Source: Bacteroidota bacterium
GTDB lineage: Bacteria; Bacteroidota; Bacteroidia; Flavobacteriales_D; Crocinitomicaceae
Assembly (NCBI GenBank): GCA_051745635.1
Contig: JBNJEH010000003.1
Location: 19,945 to 83,944, forward strand
Length of the DNA stretch: 64,000 nucleotides
Direction of reading: 5' to 3'
Shown here: in pieces, positions 19,035 to 29,399 of the stretch
How the letters are laid out: each line of letters opens with the position of its first letter
Position numbering within the stretch: the first letter of the stretch is position 1
Notes under the pieces: model-generated
What the model was told of the DNA's origin: nothing
The model's input: only the letters and a program-made list of their open reading frames with translations
The model's database searches: none
Made by a program: the position numbers and the translations under genes

Positions 19035-20714
19035 TTAAAAGGATGCCGGACTTTCAAAGGTGACCAGCTTTTTGGTCTTGGGATGTTCAAAAGTAATCGA
19101 ATGGGCGTGCAGATGAAGGCGATCGCCCATTTTTCCGTATAAATCATCTCCTGCGATAGGAGCGTTGAGTCCTTCATAATGTGCAGCATGAACCCGCAAC
19201 TGATGGGTGCGTCCCGTAATCGGATAGAACGCTACTCGCGTAGTTTGATCATTGAGCTGCAGCACTTGCCACTGTGTACTCGCCGATTTCCCCTGTTCGT
19301 GACAAACCATTTGGCGCGGTCGATCGAGGACATCCTGGCGCATTGGTAGTGCTATCGTACCGTGCTCTTTCGCTATATGACCTTCTAAATCGGCAAGGTA
19401 TTTCTTTCTGATGCTGCGCTCTAAAAACTGTCGCTGGAGGAGTTTGTAGGCAATTTCGTTTTTTGCGAGCACCATGAGTCCGGAAGTAGACATGTCAAGT
19501 CGGTGAACGATGATCGGCCCTGTAGCGTTTTTAAAATGTTTCTTCATGCGTTCTTGTACGGAATCTTCAATCTGTTTTCCTGGAACGGATAAAAGTCCTT
19601 CAGGTTTATCGACAACGGCAATATACGGGTCTTCGTAGACGATAGAAATTTCCTTGTCGTCTCCATAATTGAGGAGAAGCGGGTTTTCCTCCACTTCCAT
19701 ACCATCGAGCATGTGGTTCAAAATCGGTGCACATTTTCCCTGACAAGCGGGGTAGAAGTGACCATGGCGGCGAATCCGCGTCTTCGGCGGTGCTCCCCAC
19801 CAGAATTCTCCCATGGCAATGGGTTCCAGGTCGTTTTTAAAAGCGTATTGCAGTAATTTGGGCGCCGCACATTCTCCAGCTCCTGCCGGTGGGCGACGGA
19901 AAGCTGTCGATTCAAAAATCGGTAACAGCGATTGTTGCTTTTTTTGCTTATTCAAAAATTGATAAGCATCAAAGAGTCTGTTTTGTAGGTTAGCCGATCG
20001 CTCTGCCCGCTCGGTTTTTAACGCGTTAATTTTGTCCGTATACGTTTCGAGTTGAGATTGCAGTGCATCCAATTCTCGCTGTTGGCTCGAACGCATAGCT
20101 TTCAAATGTAGTTGATAGGATATACTTTCTTCTGCCAATTCATCGCACAACTGCTGATAATTTTCTGAATTTAATTCGTGTTTTCCTTTCTGCCTCTTGA
20201 CTTTGCGTTGTGCTTTAGCTTTACGCATGACAGCCCGCTGATCGTCGATGTTTTTCTGATGTTCTGTCCTCAACGATGCAACCCGTTCCGCAAGGTCCAG
20301 GTATTCGGGTGCAGACTCATGTTTTTCAATGGTGGCGTTAATCGCACTAATTTCCAGCTCTTCTGCGCGGTAAAACCCGTCTTTCTGCAAAATATCGTAC
20401 ACGGGAGGAACAAAATGTGCGTGGTGATTGGATCCTCCGAGTTTTCCCGAAAATGCCGCCAGATAACCGAGCGTTCCGTCCGCATGGCGCACGACCAGCA
20501 CGCCAAACATTTTTCCAATGGCATTCGCTTTTTCTGAGTTCAGTCCAAAATCGTGGTTCAGATCATTCGTTGACAGGTATTCCTGCAATTCATCAACCGC
20601 TATTTTCGTGATGCGATGCGGTTCATAGTAAAATGGAAACGTAAACTGACCGGGTAGATCAATTTCGGTCGTATCCGTCTTAAATGGATTGAATTTCTCG
20701 GGAAAATGACGCAC
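19035..20714 (-). CDS. RluA-family RNA pseudouridine synthase with long N-terminal extension
   Basis: VVDKPEGLLSVPG, IVHRLDMSTSG (catalytic Asp), TGRTHQLRVH, IAGDDLYG, LHLHA. Confidence 0.9.
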   Translation of the reverse strand: MRHFPEKFNPFKTDTTEIDLPGQFTFPFYYEPHRITKIAVDELQEYLSTNDLNHDFGLNSEKANAIGKMFGVLVVRHADGTLGYLAAFSGKLGGSNHHAHFVPPVYDILQKDGFYRAEELEISAINATIEKHESAPEYLDLAERVASLRTEHQKNIDDQRAVMRKAKAQRKVKRQKGKHELNSENYQQLCDELAEESISYQLHLKAMRSSQQRELDALQSQLETYTDKINALKTERAERSANLQNRLFDAYQFLNKQKKQQSLLPIFESTAFRRPPAGAGECAAPKLLQYAFKNDLEPIAMGEFWWGAPPKTRIRRHGHFYPACQGKCAPILNHMLDGMEVEENPLLLNYGDDKEISIVYEDPYIAVVDKPEGLLSVPGKQIEDSVQERMKKHFKNATGPIIVHRLDMSTSGLMVLAKNEIAYKLLQRQFLERSIRKKYLADLEGHIAKEHGTIALPMRQDVLDRPRQMVCHEQGKSASTQWQVLQLNDQTTRVAFYPITGRTHQLRVHAAHYEGLNAPIAGDDLYGKMGDRLHLHAHSITFEHPKTKKLVTFESPASF

Positions 20715-20993
20715 TGAACAGCAATTTTTTCAAAAGTAATCATTATTGTCCGACATAAAGACATTCACAAGTGGAGATGAATTTATTCTCTTTTCATTTT
20801 TTTATTCACAAAGGTTTGTTTTTTAAGGTGTTCATGAGCTCGGTTAAACCTCGGTTCTTGATGAAAAACGAAACAAAAAATCAAGCTCTTTCAACATTAT
20901 AAACAACTAACGTGCTGACAGCGTGTTTGCTTTACTTTTTATCGGACAGTAGTGAAAACTAATAATAAAGCCCGGTTCGCCGTCTCCGAACGA

Positions 20994-23321
20994 CTATTTT
21001 TGGGCGCGAACGATAATTTCCACCCGTCGGTTAAACCGCTTGTTTTTGGGGTTTGTGTTTTTTCTTAACGGTTTCCACTCTCCCATGTAACGCACGTCAA
21101 TATTGTCGTAATCCACGCCGTAGTGCATCAATTTGCGCTTCACAACTTCAGATCGCTTGCGGGATAGTATCAAGTTGTAATTTTCAGAGGCATCATCATC
21201 GGTGTGTCCGATCACCTCAAAGCGATAGTTTTTGCCGTATTCGTTCGCCAATTTTTCGATGCGTTCGTTGTCGGCGTCACCTATTGTTGCTTCATCTACG
21301 TTGAAGTAAATAAATGTGCGGTCGATTTTATTGCTCTGCACGACGGTGTCGATTTGTTGAGACTCCGTATTGTCGGGTTCGGGCTGCGTTTCCTCGATCG
21401 ATTCGACCTTTGTTCTGGTATGGTTGGGGTCTTTTTGTTCCTTGATCCGTTGAAGTTCGAGGCTGTCGATATTGGAGGAGTCAATCGGGCAGCCGTCATT
21501 GTAGAGGGATCCCGCCACTTCAGGGCAAGCGTCCATATCGTCTGGAATCCCGTCTCCGTCGATGTCCGTGCAGCAAGCATGTTTTTCCATCGGACACCCA
21601 TTGTTGACTTCCACACCAGGGACTTCAGGACAATGGTCAGCGGCGTCTATAACCCCATCGCGATCCGTGTCGGGACAACCGTAATGAATGGCTAAGCCCG
21701 GCGTATCCGGACACATATCATTCAAATCAATAATGCCGTCTCCGTCGCGGTCGGGACAACCATTGTGTTCCTCAGGACCCTGTTCGTAGATACAGTAATC
21801 TTCTTTGTCTGGAATGCCATCTTTATCCGTATCAGGACAACCGTTCAGCGAAAGCGGTCCCGGATCGTACATACAATCATCTTTGGGATCGGAAATTTTG
21901 TCCCCGTCCCTATCTTTGGGAACCGTGTAAGGCCTGGAATAACTCAAGCCAGCAAAAAAGTTTTGAGTATACCGCGAACGTTTGCCGATGAATCCAGAAA
22001 TGTTATTCCCGCCGGCAAAAATACCCCAGCCACTCTTAAAACGATAACGTACAGCAGCTCCTAAGTTAACCTGGGCATTGCGTTGAAAACTGATGGGAAG
22101 CATCACACTGATTTTTGGCGTTTCATAACGTGGTGTGAGCGTATGAAGCCCTTTGAAATGAGACTTGTGTGGATCCTTTTTGCGTTTTAGCGGAATCGTA
22201 GTCACCCAGCTGGCATAGAATTTTTTCCAGATATTGTAATCGCCGCTGAGGTTCAATGTCGTCGGTAAATTCATATTAAAATTGCCTTCATTGTCATCCG
22301 TAGCTGAACCTTCTACGGCTTCGTTATCAAAACTTTTAAAGAGTGAACCACCTCCAATTTCGAGCGAACTCATCTTGTCGAGGTTCATTGGTATTCCAGT
22401 GTTTACAAAGTTGAATGATTCAGGAGCTTTTGCAAAGCGAACCCGACCGATATCATTGATAGACACACCAACCTTGTAGAGGTATTTCTTTTGATCATAA
22501 CGTTCGATATCTGTTTCACCATCCATGTCATAGCGGTATTTTTCTGGCTCCGGACGATATTCATAGACCGCACCCAGGTCAAAACCAAATCCACGCTTGC
22601 GGGAAGTAAAACTGTTGTCCTTTTCCGCAGTTCCATACTCGAAGGGTACTTCTGAAAAATCACCCGAAACAGCATTTTGACCATTGAATTCAAAGGCTCC
22701 TTCTTCGGCGTAGAGGTAAGCGGCGTCAATCCCGTTAATCAATTTAAAAGCAGCGCCTGCCTTAAAAAAATGCGGTGTTTCATTTTGTATAACCCGCGCA
22801 TAGGAAAAACGGTGTTCGTTGTAAATGAATTGCGTGAGATTGTAGTTGGAAAAATTGACGGGCTGTCCAACAGGATTATTTTCAAATCCTTCGTCAACGG
22901 CTTGCGTCCACTGACTCGGTAATCCATCAATATTGCCAAACTGCCGGATGCGCAAACTGTAGCCGATGGAATTTTGATGATCGATTTCATAATATCCTCC
23001 AATGACGTCGATAGAAAAATTATTCATGACATAACCCGGTCCCGAATGATCGCGATAGCGCTCTTGTTCATTGCCAAAAATTCGACTGACAAGACTCGCG
23101 TTCGCTCCCTGGAAATTATTCGATTGCACACGCACTAAGGCAGACGATACAGAAAACTTACTGGTCGTGTTGACGATTGACGCAGGATTGAGAAAAGCGC
23201 TGGTGTTTCCCAGAAAGTTGTCGGTCGAAATCCCGGTGTACTGCTGTTGCCCGTAACTGAAAAGTGAGCAACTCAACATCATAAAAATGGTAAGTTTCCA
23301 GTAGTGAATCATAAGTATCAA
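20994..23321 (-). CDS. DUF5723-like beta-barrel + thrombospondin type-3 repeats + OmpA domain protein
   Basis: Repeated D-x-D-x-D-G-[IV]-x-D-x-x-D-x-C-P motifs; C-terminal IYFNVDEA...VIGHTD...NLILSRKRSEVV...NRRVEI. Confidence 0.82.
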   Translation of the reverse strand: MILMIHYWKLTIFMMLSCSLFSYGQQQYTGISTDNFLGNTSAFLNPASIVNTTSKFSVSSALVRVQSNNFQGANASLVSRIFGNEQERYRDHSGPGYVMNNFSIDVIGGYYEIDHQNSIGYSLRIRQFGNIDGLPSQWTQAVDEGFENNPVGQPVNFSNYNLTQFIYNEHRFSYARVIQNETPHFFKAGAAFKLINGIDAAYLYAEEGAFEFNGQNAVSGDFSEVPFEYGTAEKDNSFTSRKRGFGFDLGAVYEYRPEPEKYRYDMDGETDIERYDQKKYLYKVGVSINDIGRVRFAKAPESFNFVNTGIPMNLDKMSSLEIGGGSLFKSFDNEAVEGSATDDNEGNFNMNLPTTLNLSGDYNIWKKFYASWVTTIPLKRKKDPHKSHFKGLHTLTPRYETPKISVMLPISFQRNAQVNLGAAVRYRFKSGWGIFAGGNNISGFIGKRSRYTQNFFAGLSYSRPYTVPKDRDGDKISDPKDDCMYDPGPLSLNGCPDTDKDGIPDKEDYCIYEQGPEEHNGCPDRDGDGIIDLNDMCPDTPGLAIHYGCPDTDRDGVIDAADHCPEVPGVEVNNGCPMEKHACCTDIDGDGIPDDMDACPEVAGSLYNDGCPIDSSNIDSLELQRIKEQKDPNHTRTKVESIEETQPEPDNTESQQIDTVVQSNKIDRTFIYFNVDEATIGDADNERIEKLANEYGKNYRFEVIGHTDDDASENYNLILSRKRSEVVKRKLMHYGVDYDNIDVRYMGEWKPLRKNTNPKNKRFNRRVEIIVRAQK

Positions 23322-23430
23322 GCAATTGTTTTCCTCAAAATTAGTGAATTTAAATGTTCGCTGTATTCAATTCTATCATTTTCTTGCGATGATAACGGAG
23401 ATGTTCACTGTGCTGTTCTTTGCTTTTTTC

Positions 23431-23438
23431 TATTTTTG
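23431..23438 (+). promoter_or_regulatory. Bacteroidota -7 promoter element for pheT-bioD-bioA
   Basis: TATTTTTG 28 nt upstream of the pheT ATG. Confidence 0.55.
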
Positions 23439-23466
23439 TGCTTTTCAAATCAAGGAAACAATTAAC

Positions 23467-25902
23467 ATGAAAATATCCTACAGTTGGCTCAAACGATATG
23501 TGAAGACATCGCTCTCTCCGAAGGAGGTTGGCGAAATTTTAACCGATACGGGACTCGAAATCGAGGGTATCGAAGAAGTGGAGCGCATTCAAGGTGGTCT
23601 CCAGGGTGTTGTGATTGGTGAAATCAAGGAATGCACAAAGCACGAAAACGCCGATCGGTTGAATGTTACAAACGTGGATGTCGGCGAAAATGAACTGCTG
23701 CAAATCGTTTGTGGCGCCCCGAATGTCGCCGAAGGACAAAAAGTGATGGTGGCTACGGTAGGTACGACCTTATATCCCGCGCCGAATGAGCCTTTTAAGA
23801 TTAAAAAGTCAAAAATACGCGGCGTAGCTTCAGAAGGAATGATTTGCGCTGAAGATGAGCTGGGTATTGGAACATCGCACGATGGTATCATGGTCTTGCC
23901 AGAGGATGCTGAAGTTGGGCAGAAAGCAGCCACTTACTTTCAGCTCGAAAGCGACGTAGTTTTTGAAATTGGCTTGACGCCGAATCGGAGTGACGCTATG
24001 GGACATGTTGGTGTTGCGCGCGATTTAGTGGCATACACAAAAGTACATGATGTCGAAAAGACGACCCTTCAATTTCCGGACGCGAGTGCTTTCGAAGTTC
24101 AGAATACGGGACAGAGCGTTAAAATTGAGGTAGAAGATACTGAAGCTTGCCCGCGTTACATGGGTACAGTGATTGCTGATATTGAAGTGGCTCCTTCACC
24201 GGACTGGCTGAAAAATGCGCTGCTTTCAATTGGTCTGACACCGATCAATAACGTCGTGGATGTTACGAATTATGTCATGCACGAACTCGGAACGCCGCTT
24301 CACGCCTTTGATCTCAAAAAAGTGGGCGAACAAATTGTGGTCAAAAAAGCGGAAGCGGGCACCGTGTTTAACACATTGGACGGAGAAGAAAGAAAGTTGA
24401 GTGCCGATGATTTGATGATTACCAACGGTACTGAAAACATGTGCATGGCAGGTATTTTCGGAGGTGCTGACTCAGGCGTAAAAGATACGACGCAATCGAT
24501 ATTCTTGGAGGCTGCTTATTTCGATCCCGTGACGATTCGTCAATCTGCCAAGCGCCATGGATTGATTACCGATGCTTCCTTTCGATTTGAGCGAGGTGTC
24601 GATCCCAACATGATTGATTTTGCTTTAAAACGTGCCGCTGCGCTCATTGCTGAGGTCACCGGAGGTAAAGTGGGCATGCAACCGATCGATAAGTATCCGC
24701 AAACGATTCAGTCGCGGGAAGTGATGTTCAGCTACGAGCGCTGTAATCAGCTCATCGGCAATGAAATTGAAGTCGAGAAAATAGGTGAAATTCTCAAGTC
24801 GCTCGATATCGAGATTTTACAGAACAACGGAGCACAGGTAAAATTAAAAATTCCTACTTATCGCGTAGACGTTACCCGTCAGGCCGACGTTATTGAGGAG
24901 GTGCTGAGAATTTATGGCTTCAACAACATTACATTGCCCGAGAAGTGGAATATTAGCCTGTCTGAGCAAGACCTCAGAAATGAAGAAAAGCGCATGAACA
25001 CAGTGGCCAACTTATTGGTGAGCCAGGGGTATTTCGAAATGTTAAACAATTCCTTGACGGCTTCCCAACTGATCGAAGAACTCGGAGGAGAGTGGATGTC
25101 CAATGCGAACAGTGTGGAAATGCTCAATCCGTTGAGCAATGAACTGGACGTGATGCGGCAGACGCTTATTTTTCACGGGTTATCGAGCATTGCTCATAAC
25201 CAAAACCGCCAGCATCCGGATGTGGGATTGTTTGAATTTGGAAAGGTTTACCACAAATTTGGAGATGAGTACAAAGAAAACAAACGGCTCAATATATTTC
25301 TGACGGGTAGAAAGCATCAAGAACGATGGAATACGGATGATAGTAAGACGACTTTTTACTCGCTCAAAGGATCGGTTGTTGCGCTCTTAGAGCGTTTGGG
25401 AATCGACGAAATGGTCACCTCCAAAGCGTTGAAAAAATCATTACTCGCCGATGGTATTCAGTTGTATGCCCAGAAAAATAAAATTGGCGAGATCGGTTGG
25501 ACAACAAAGGAGCTGAACAAAGCTTTTGGTGTAAAACAGCAGGTTTTCGTGGCGGATCTCGACTGGGACATGCTGCTGAGTCTGGGCAATCGCAATAAGG
25601 TTGAATTTTCGCCACTTGCGCGATCTTTTGCCGTGCGACGAGATTTTTCTTTATTGTTAGACGAGGCTGTAACCTTTGGAGCAATTGAAGCAATCGCTTA
25701 TAAAACAGATCGCAGGTTGTTGAAAAAAGTGGATCTTTTCGATGTGTACGAAGGCGATAAATTGCCGGAAGGAAAGAAATCGTACGCGGTAAGCTTCTCT
25801 TTCCAGGATGATGAAAAGACCTTGAAGGACAAGCAGATCGATAAATTGATGGATAAGATTTACGCGCAATTGAACAAACAATTAAAAGCTGAATTGAGAT
25901 GA
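23467..25902 (+). CDS. pheT: Phenylalanine--tRNA ligase beta subunit
   Basis: MKISYSWLK, QIVCGAPNV, LTPNRSDAMGHVGVARD, RFERGVD, C-terminal FDX-ACB domain (VDLFDVYEG..LPEGKKSYA). True start at 23467. Confidence 0.97.
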   Translation: MKISYSWLKRYVKTSLSPKEVGEILTDTGLEIEGIEEVERIQGGLQGVVIGEIKECTKHENADRLNVTNVDVGENELLQIVCGAPNVAEGQKVMVATVGTTLYPAPNEPFKIKKSKIRGVASEGMICAEDELGIGTSHDGIMVLPEDAEVGQKAATYFQLESDVVFEIGLTPNRSDAMGHVGVARDLVAYTKVHDVEKTTLQFPDASAFEVQNTGQSVKIEVEDTEACPRYMGTVIADIEVAPSPDWLKNALLSIGLTPINNVVDVTNYVMHELGTPLHAFDLKKVGEQIVVKKAEAGTVFNTLDGEERKLSADDLMITNGTENMCMAGIFGGADSGVKDTTQSIFLEAAYFDPVTIRQSAKRHGLITDASFRFERGVDPNMIDFALKRAAALIAEVTGGKVGMQPIDKYPQTIQSREVMFSYERCNQLIGNEIEVEKIGEILKSLDIEILQNNGAQVKLKIPTYRVDVTRQADVIEEVLRIYGFNNITLPEKWNISLSEQDLRNEEKRMNTVANLLVSQGYFEMLNNSLTASQLIEELGGEWMSNANSVEMLNPLSNELDVMRQTLIFHGLSSIAHNQNRQHPDVGLFEFGKVYHKFGDEYKENKRLNIFLTGRKHQERWNTDDSKTTFYSLKGSVVALLERLGIDEMVTSKALKKSLLADGIQLYAQKNKIGEIGWTTKELNKAFGVKQQVFVADLDWDMLLSLGNRNKVEFSPLARSFAVRRDFSLLLDEAVTFGAIEAIAYKTDRRLLKKVDLFDVYEGDKLPEGKKSYAVSFSFQDDEKTLKDKQIDKLMDKIYAQLNKQLKAELR

Positions 25903-26528
25903 TGAAAGGCGTTTCTATCGTTGGAATTGGCACGGATGTAGGTAAAACTGTAGTCAGTGCAATTATTTCGGAAGCATTGGGTGCGCGTTATTTTAAGCCT
26001 GCACAAGCCGGAGACCTCAATAATTCGGACAGCATGAAGGTGGATCGATTGACCAGTGATCGCGTAACCATCGCCCCGGAAGCATTTCGTTTAAAAACAC
26101 CAATGGCCCCACACGGCGCTGCAAAAATCGACGGCGTCGAAATGCGCGTTTCCGATATTCAGTTTCCGCAATCGGATCAACCAATTGTACTGGAAGGAGC
26201 CGGCGGTCTCATGGTTCCCTTGAACGAACACGACGAAACTTTTCTGGATATATACAAGAAATCGGGACTTCCGGTAGTGGTAGTTTCAAGACATTATTTG
26301 GGGAGTATTAATCACACCTTGTTGACGATTGATCGCTTGAAACTTGAAGGGTTGAACATTCTCGGAATCGTTTTTGTCGGTGATGAAAATGAAGTCACAG
26401 AATCGATCGTCGAGCACAACACCGGTGTTCAGCAACTGGCGAGAATTCCCTGGGCAGAAGAGCTGAACCTGGATTTCGTTAAAACACAAGCAGAAAAATT
26501 AAAAGGATTAGTATATGAACTTAGTTGA
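25899..26528 (+). CDS. bioD: Dethiobiotin synthase
   Basis: GIGTDVGKTVVS P-loop, YFKPAQAG, LEGAGGLMVPL, YLGSINHTLL. Confidence 0.95.
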   Translation: MMKGVSIVGIGTDVGKTVVSAIISEALGARYFKPAQAGDLNNSDSMKVDRLTSDRVTIAPEAFRLKTPMAPHGAAKIDGVEMRVSDIQFPQSDQPIVLEGAGGLMVPLNEHDETFLDIYKKSGLPVVVVSRHYLGSINHTLLTIDRLKLEGLNILGIVFVGDENEVTESIVEHNTGVQQLARIPWAEELNLDFVKTQAEKLKGLVYELS

Positions 26529-27792
26529 ACGCGATCGCAATGTTGTTTGGCATCCCTTTACACAAGCCCAGACGGACAGACCACCATTGCCCATTGTTAA
26601 GGCAGAAGGGAGTGTGTTGACGGACGAAGCCGGAAAAGAGTACATCGACTGCAACTCGTCGTGGTGGGTGAATGTTCATGGTCATGCTCATCCGCACATC
26701 GCACAAGCGATTAATCAGCAGTTTCAGGCGATCGATCATGTCGTACTGGCGGGAGCCACACATCCCAAAGTAGTAGAGCTCGGAGAACGGATGGTAGATG
26801 TACTTCCCGGCGACTTTTCAAAAGTGTTCTTTTCCGACAACGGGAGTACCGCAGTAGAAATCGCAATTAAAATGGTACTGCAATATTGGTTCAATCAGTC
26901 GATTCCCAAAAAGCGCTTCCTGGCGTTGGAAGGCGGTTACCACGGCGATACCTTCGGGGCGATGAGCCTTGGACAGCGCGGTTATTTCAACAAACCATTT
27001 GAGGATTTTTTCTTTGAGACCGATTATCTGCCTTTTCCAACAGAAGAACGGGAAGCAGCATGCCTGGAAAAAGCGGAAGCATTTTTTAAATCGGGTGAAT
27101 TTGCCGGCGTCATCGTCGAACCATTGGTGCAGGGGAGTTCAGGTATGCAGATGTACCGCCCCGAATTTCTCAACCAATTGCTCAAACTCGCAAAACAGTA
27201 CGATGTCCTTTTTATTTTCGATGAAGTGATGACAGGATGGGGCAGAACGGGTAAAATGTTTGCCATGGATCATTGTGATGACACGCCCGATATCGTTTGT
27301 TTATCCAAGGGAATTACCGGGGGAACGCTGCCGTTGGGCCTTACGGTAACCAAAGAACATATTTTTGAGGCCTTTTTGCACGACGAAAAAATCAAAGCGC
27401 TATTGCACGGTCATTCTTATACGGGGAACCCGCTGGCATGTGCCGCGGCGTGTGCTTCGCTCGATATTTTTGAAACACAGGAAAGTCGCGAAAATATTCA
27501 ACGCATTTGCGATCGGCATACAACTTTTCGAGAACGGCTTTCGGGCAATTATCGTTTGCGTTCCCTGCGACAGTTCGGAACAATTTTAGCGATTGAAATT
27601 GAAGTAGGGGATGGAGGTTCTTATTTTTCTTCCATTCGTGAGGAGGCGCTGGAATATTTTTATGAACACGGCATGTTATTGCGCCCACTGGGGAACGTCA
27701 TATTTTTAAATCCTCCTTATTGCACGACCAATGAACAATTGGATTATTGCTATGACAAGATCGAGGCGTTTTTAAAGGAGAAGGCGGTTTAG
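26515..27792 (+). CDS. bioA: Adenosylmethionine--8-amino-7-oxononanoate transaminase
   Basis: VWHPFTQ, SSWWVNVHGH, FSDNGSTAVEIAIKM, YHGDTFGAMS, FDEVMTGWGRTG, LSKGITGG (PLP Lys). Confidence 0.96.
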   Translation: MNLVERDRNVVWHPFTQAQTDRPPLPIVKAEGSVLTDEAGKEYIDCNSSWWVNVHGHAHPHIAQAINQQFQAIDHVVLAGATHPKVVELGERMVDVLPGDFSKVFFSDNGSTAVEIAIKMVLQYWFNQSIPKKRFLALEGGYHGDTFGAMSLGQRGYFNKPFEDFFFETDYLPFPTEEREAACLEKAEAFFKSGEFAGVIVEPLVQGSSGMQMYRPEFLNQLLKLAKQYDVLFIFDEVMTGWGRTGKMFAMDHCDDTPDIVCLSKGITGGTLPLGLTVTKEHIFEAFLHDEKIKALLHGHSYTGNPLACAAACASLDIFETQESRENIQRICDRHTTFRERLSGNYRLRSLRQFGTILAIEIEVGDGGSYFSSIREEALEYFYEHGMLLRPLGNVIFLNPPYCTTNEQLDYCYDKIEAFLKEKAV

Positions 27793-27989
27793 GTTTTTAT
27801 ATTGTATGTTGATCATCATGCGATTGGAGTGGTTTGGCTGAGATCGCAAACCCGTTTGATCAGTAGTGGAAAGTGCTTGGTATTGCTTATTTCTGCCTCA
27901 TTTGTCAAAGTTGAATTTTGACCACTGATTTATTATTTCGCATCACTGAATCATTAAAATCTACAGATCAGCACTTTACTCTTTTTCTA

Positions 27990-28060
27990 TCCCAGCTCCG
28001 CTGCAGGTCTTGCCTCGACGCTTACAGATCGGGACAACAGGATCTGCAGCGAAGCTGGGA
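27990..28060. repeat. Hairpin/MITE-like element with 20-bp terminal inverted repeats (repeat family R, copy 1)
   Basis: TCCCAGCTCCGCTGCAGGTC ... GATCTGCAGCGAAGCTGGGA (18/20 complementary); the left arm recurs at 29846 and 31570. Confidence 0.8.
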
Positions 28061-28283
28061 GGGCAAAGTTAGATGTAACGAATACAAATAAAATCAGAAT
28101 AATATGTCCCCTAAACAATCCCATAAGTATGAAGTTACTAATCTACAATTATTATTTTATTGTAGAATGAATAGATAAAGACTTGACTGTCTTGAGTAAG
28201 CCTTTCGCATTAATTGGGAACTTCATTTAAATTTCTAATTGAATTAAATGTCGTAACAAAAGAAGATTAGATAATGAAAACGA

Positions 28284-29393
28284 TTAAACATTATTTTCAT
28301 TAAATTCTATAGATGCAATTTCTTCTTTATGTCGTCTTTTAATTCGTTTTAAAAACCTGAATAACCCTATAATTGTAAAAATAAACAATAAAAACACCAA
28401 GTAAGATCCCCATGGATAAACGTTTGCTAAAAGTATAACAGATGCTGTCGAAGCCACTGTAAATAAAAGGATAAATAAACCTGTATTTACCTTTTTACCC
28501 ATAATTACGAATCCATTTAAGTATCTACCCACATTTTTTAGAAAAAATATATAACTAAAAAGTAAAAGAAAAAACCCTAGACCTCTATACAGCCATATTT
28601 TAAAGATATATTCTTCGCTCATTTCTTTAATTGCTCCTTCCTGAGTACCTATAAAAGAGCGATAGAACTTCGTTCTTTTATTATAATAAGGAACAATTTG
28701 ATTGTTAGTCTGGTCAAACAAGCCAAATAAAGTTACATCATTTAACGGGTTTTTTAGTACGGAATAACTTACTCTTATATCACCAATTTGAGGGTTTTGG
28801 TATGTTCCTTTTCCATGAAACAAAAATTTGCTATTGGCAATTTCAAAATTATTTCTTTTGATTATATTACCTGAACCAATTGCTAATATTTGGTGTTCGG
28901 GAAGGTCTAAAAGATTCATGTCAACATTATAGTTTCCAAGTTTTGCTTTACCAACTTGGACTTCATTGTTTTGAATTAGTTTTTCTGGATTGAAGTGATT
29001 GTCAGGGTTCTTAAATTTTAAAGAATTAGCAGGTCTTGAAGTCCATATTTTAGAATAACTATATTTTTTTCTTCTTTTTCCCCTGTTAGTTGTTTCTTTC
29101 CAAGAGTACATTTCAACTTTTCTAATAAGGGACAAATAATTTCCTGACACTAAAAAAGTATCTCCAATGGACTCTTCAGTTTTTAAAGTACCGTTCGCAA
29201 AAACGAGTTTATTATCAAATTTTTTAGGGATTTCTTTATTGGGGTCAACTTCTTTTGCTTTTCTTGCAATTTTCGAGAAATCTACTCGACTTTCATTAGA
29301 ATTTAAGATTCCAAAAGCGATCATCATAAAAAAAATAGAAACTATTATCAATATAATGTTTGGATAAATGCGTACTTTCCTTTTTGATCTCAT
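28284..29393 (-). CDS. TMEM43/DUF1625 family membrane protein (AT-rich)
   Basis: N-terminal TM, LIRKVEMYSWKE, YSKIWTS....S..F....H.NP, PQIGDIRVSYS and three C-terminal TM helices. GC is clearly lower than in flanking genes (25% in a sampled 60-mer). Confidence 0.75.
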   Translation of the reverse strand: MRSKRKVRIYPNIILIIVSIFFMMIAFGILNSNESRVDFSKIARKAKEVDPNKEIPKKFDNKLVFANGTLKTEESIGDTFLVSGNYLSLIRKVEMYSWKETTNRGKRRKKYSYSKIWTSRPANSLKFKNPDNHFNPEKLIQNNEVQVGKAKLGNYNVDMNLLDLPEHQILAIGSGNIIKRNNFEIANSKFLFHGKGTYQNPQIGDIRVSYSVLKNPLNDVTLFGLFDQTNNQIVPYYNKRTKFYRSFIGTQEGAIKEMSEEYIFKIWLYRGLGFFLLLFSYIFFLKNVGRYLNGFVIMGKKVNTGLFILLFTVASTASVILLANVYPWGSYLVFLLFIFTIIGLFRFLKRIKRRHKEEIASIEFNENNV

Positions 29394-29399
29394 AATGTT

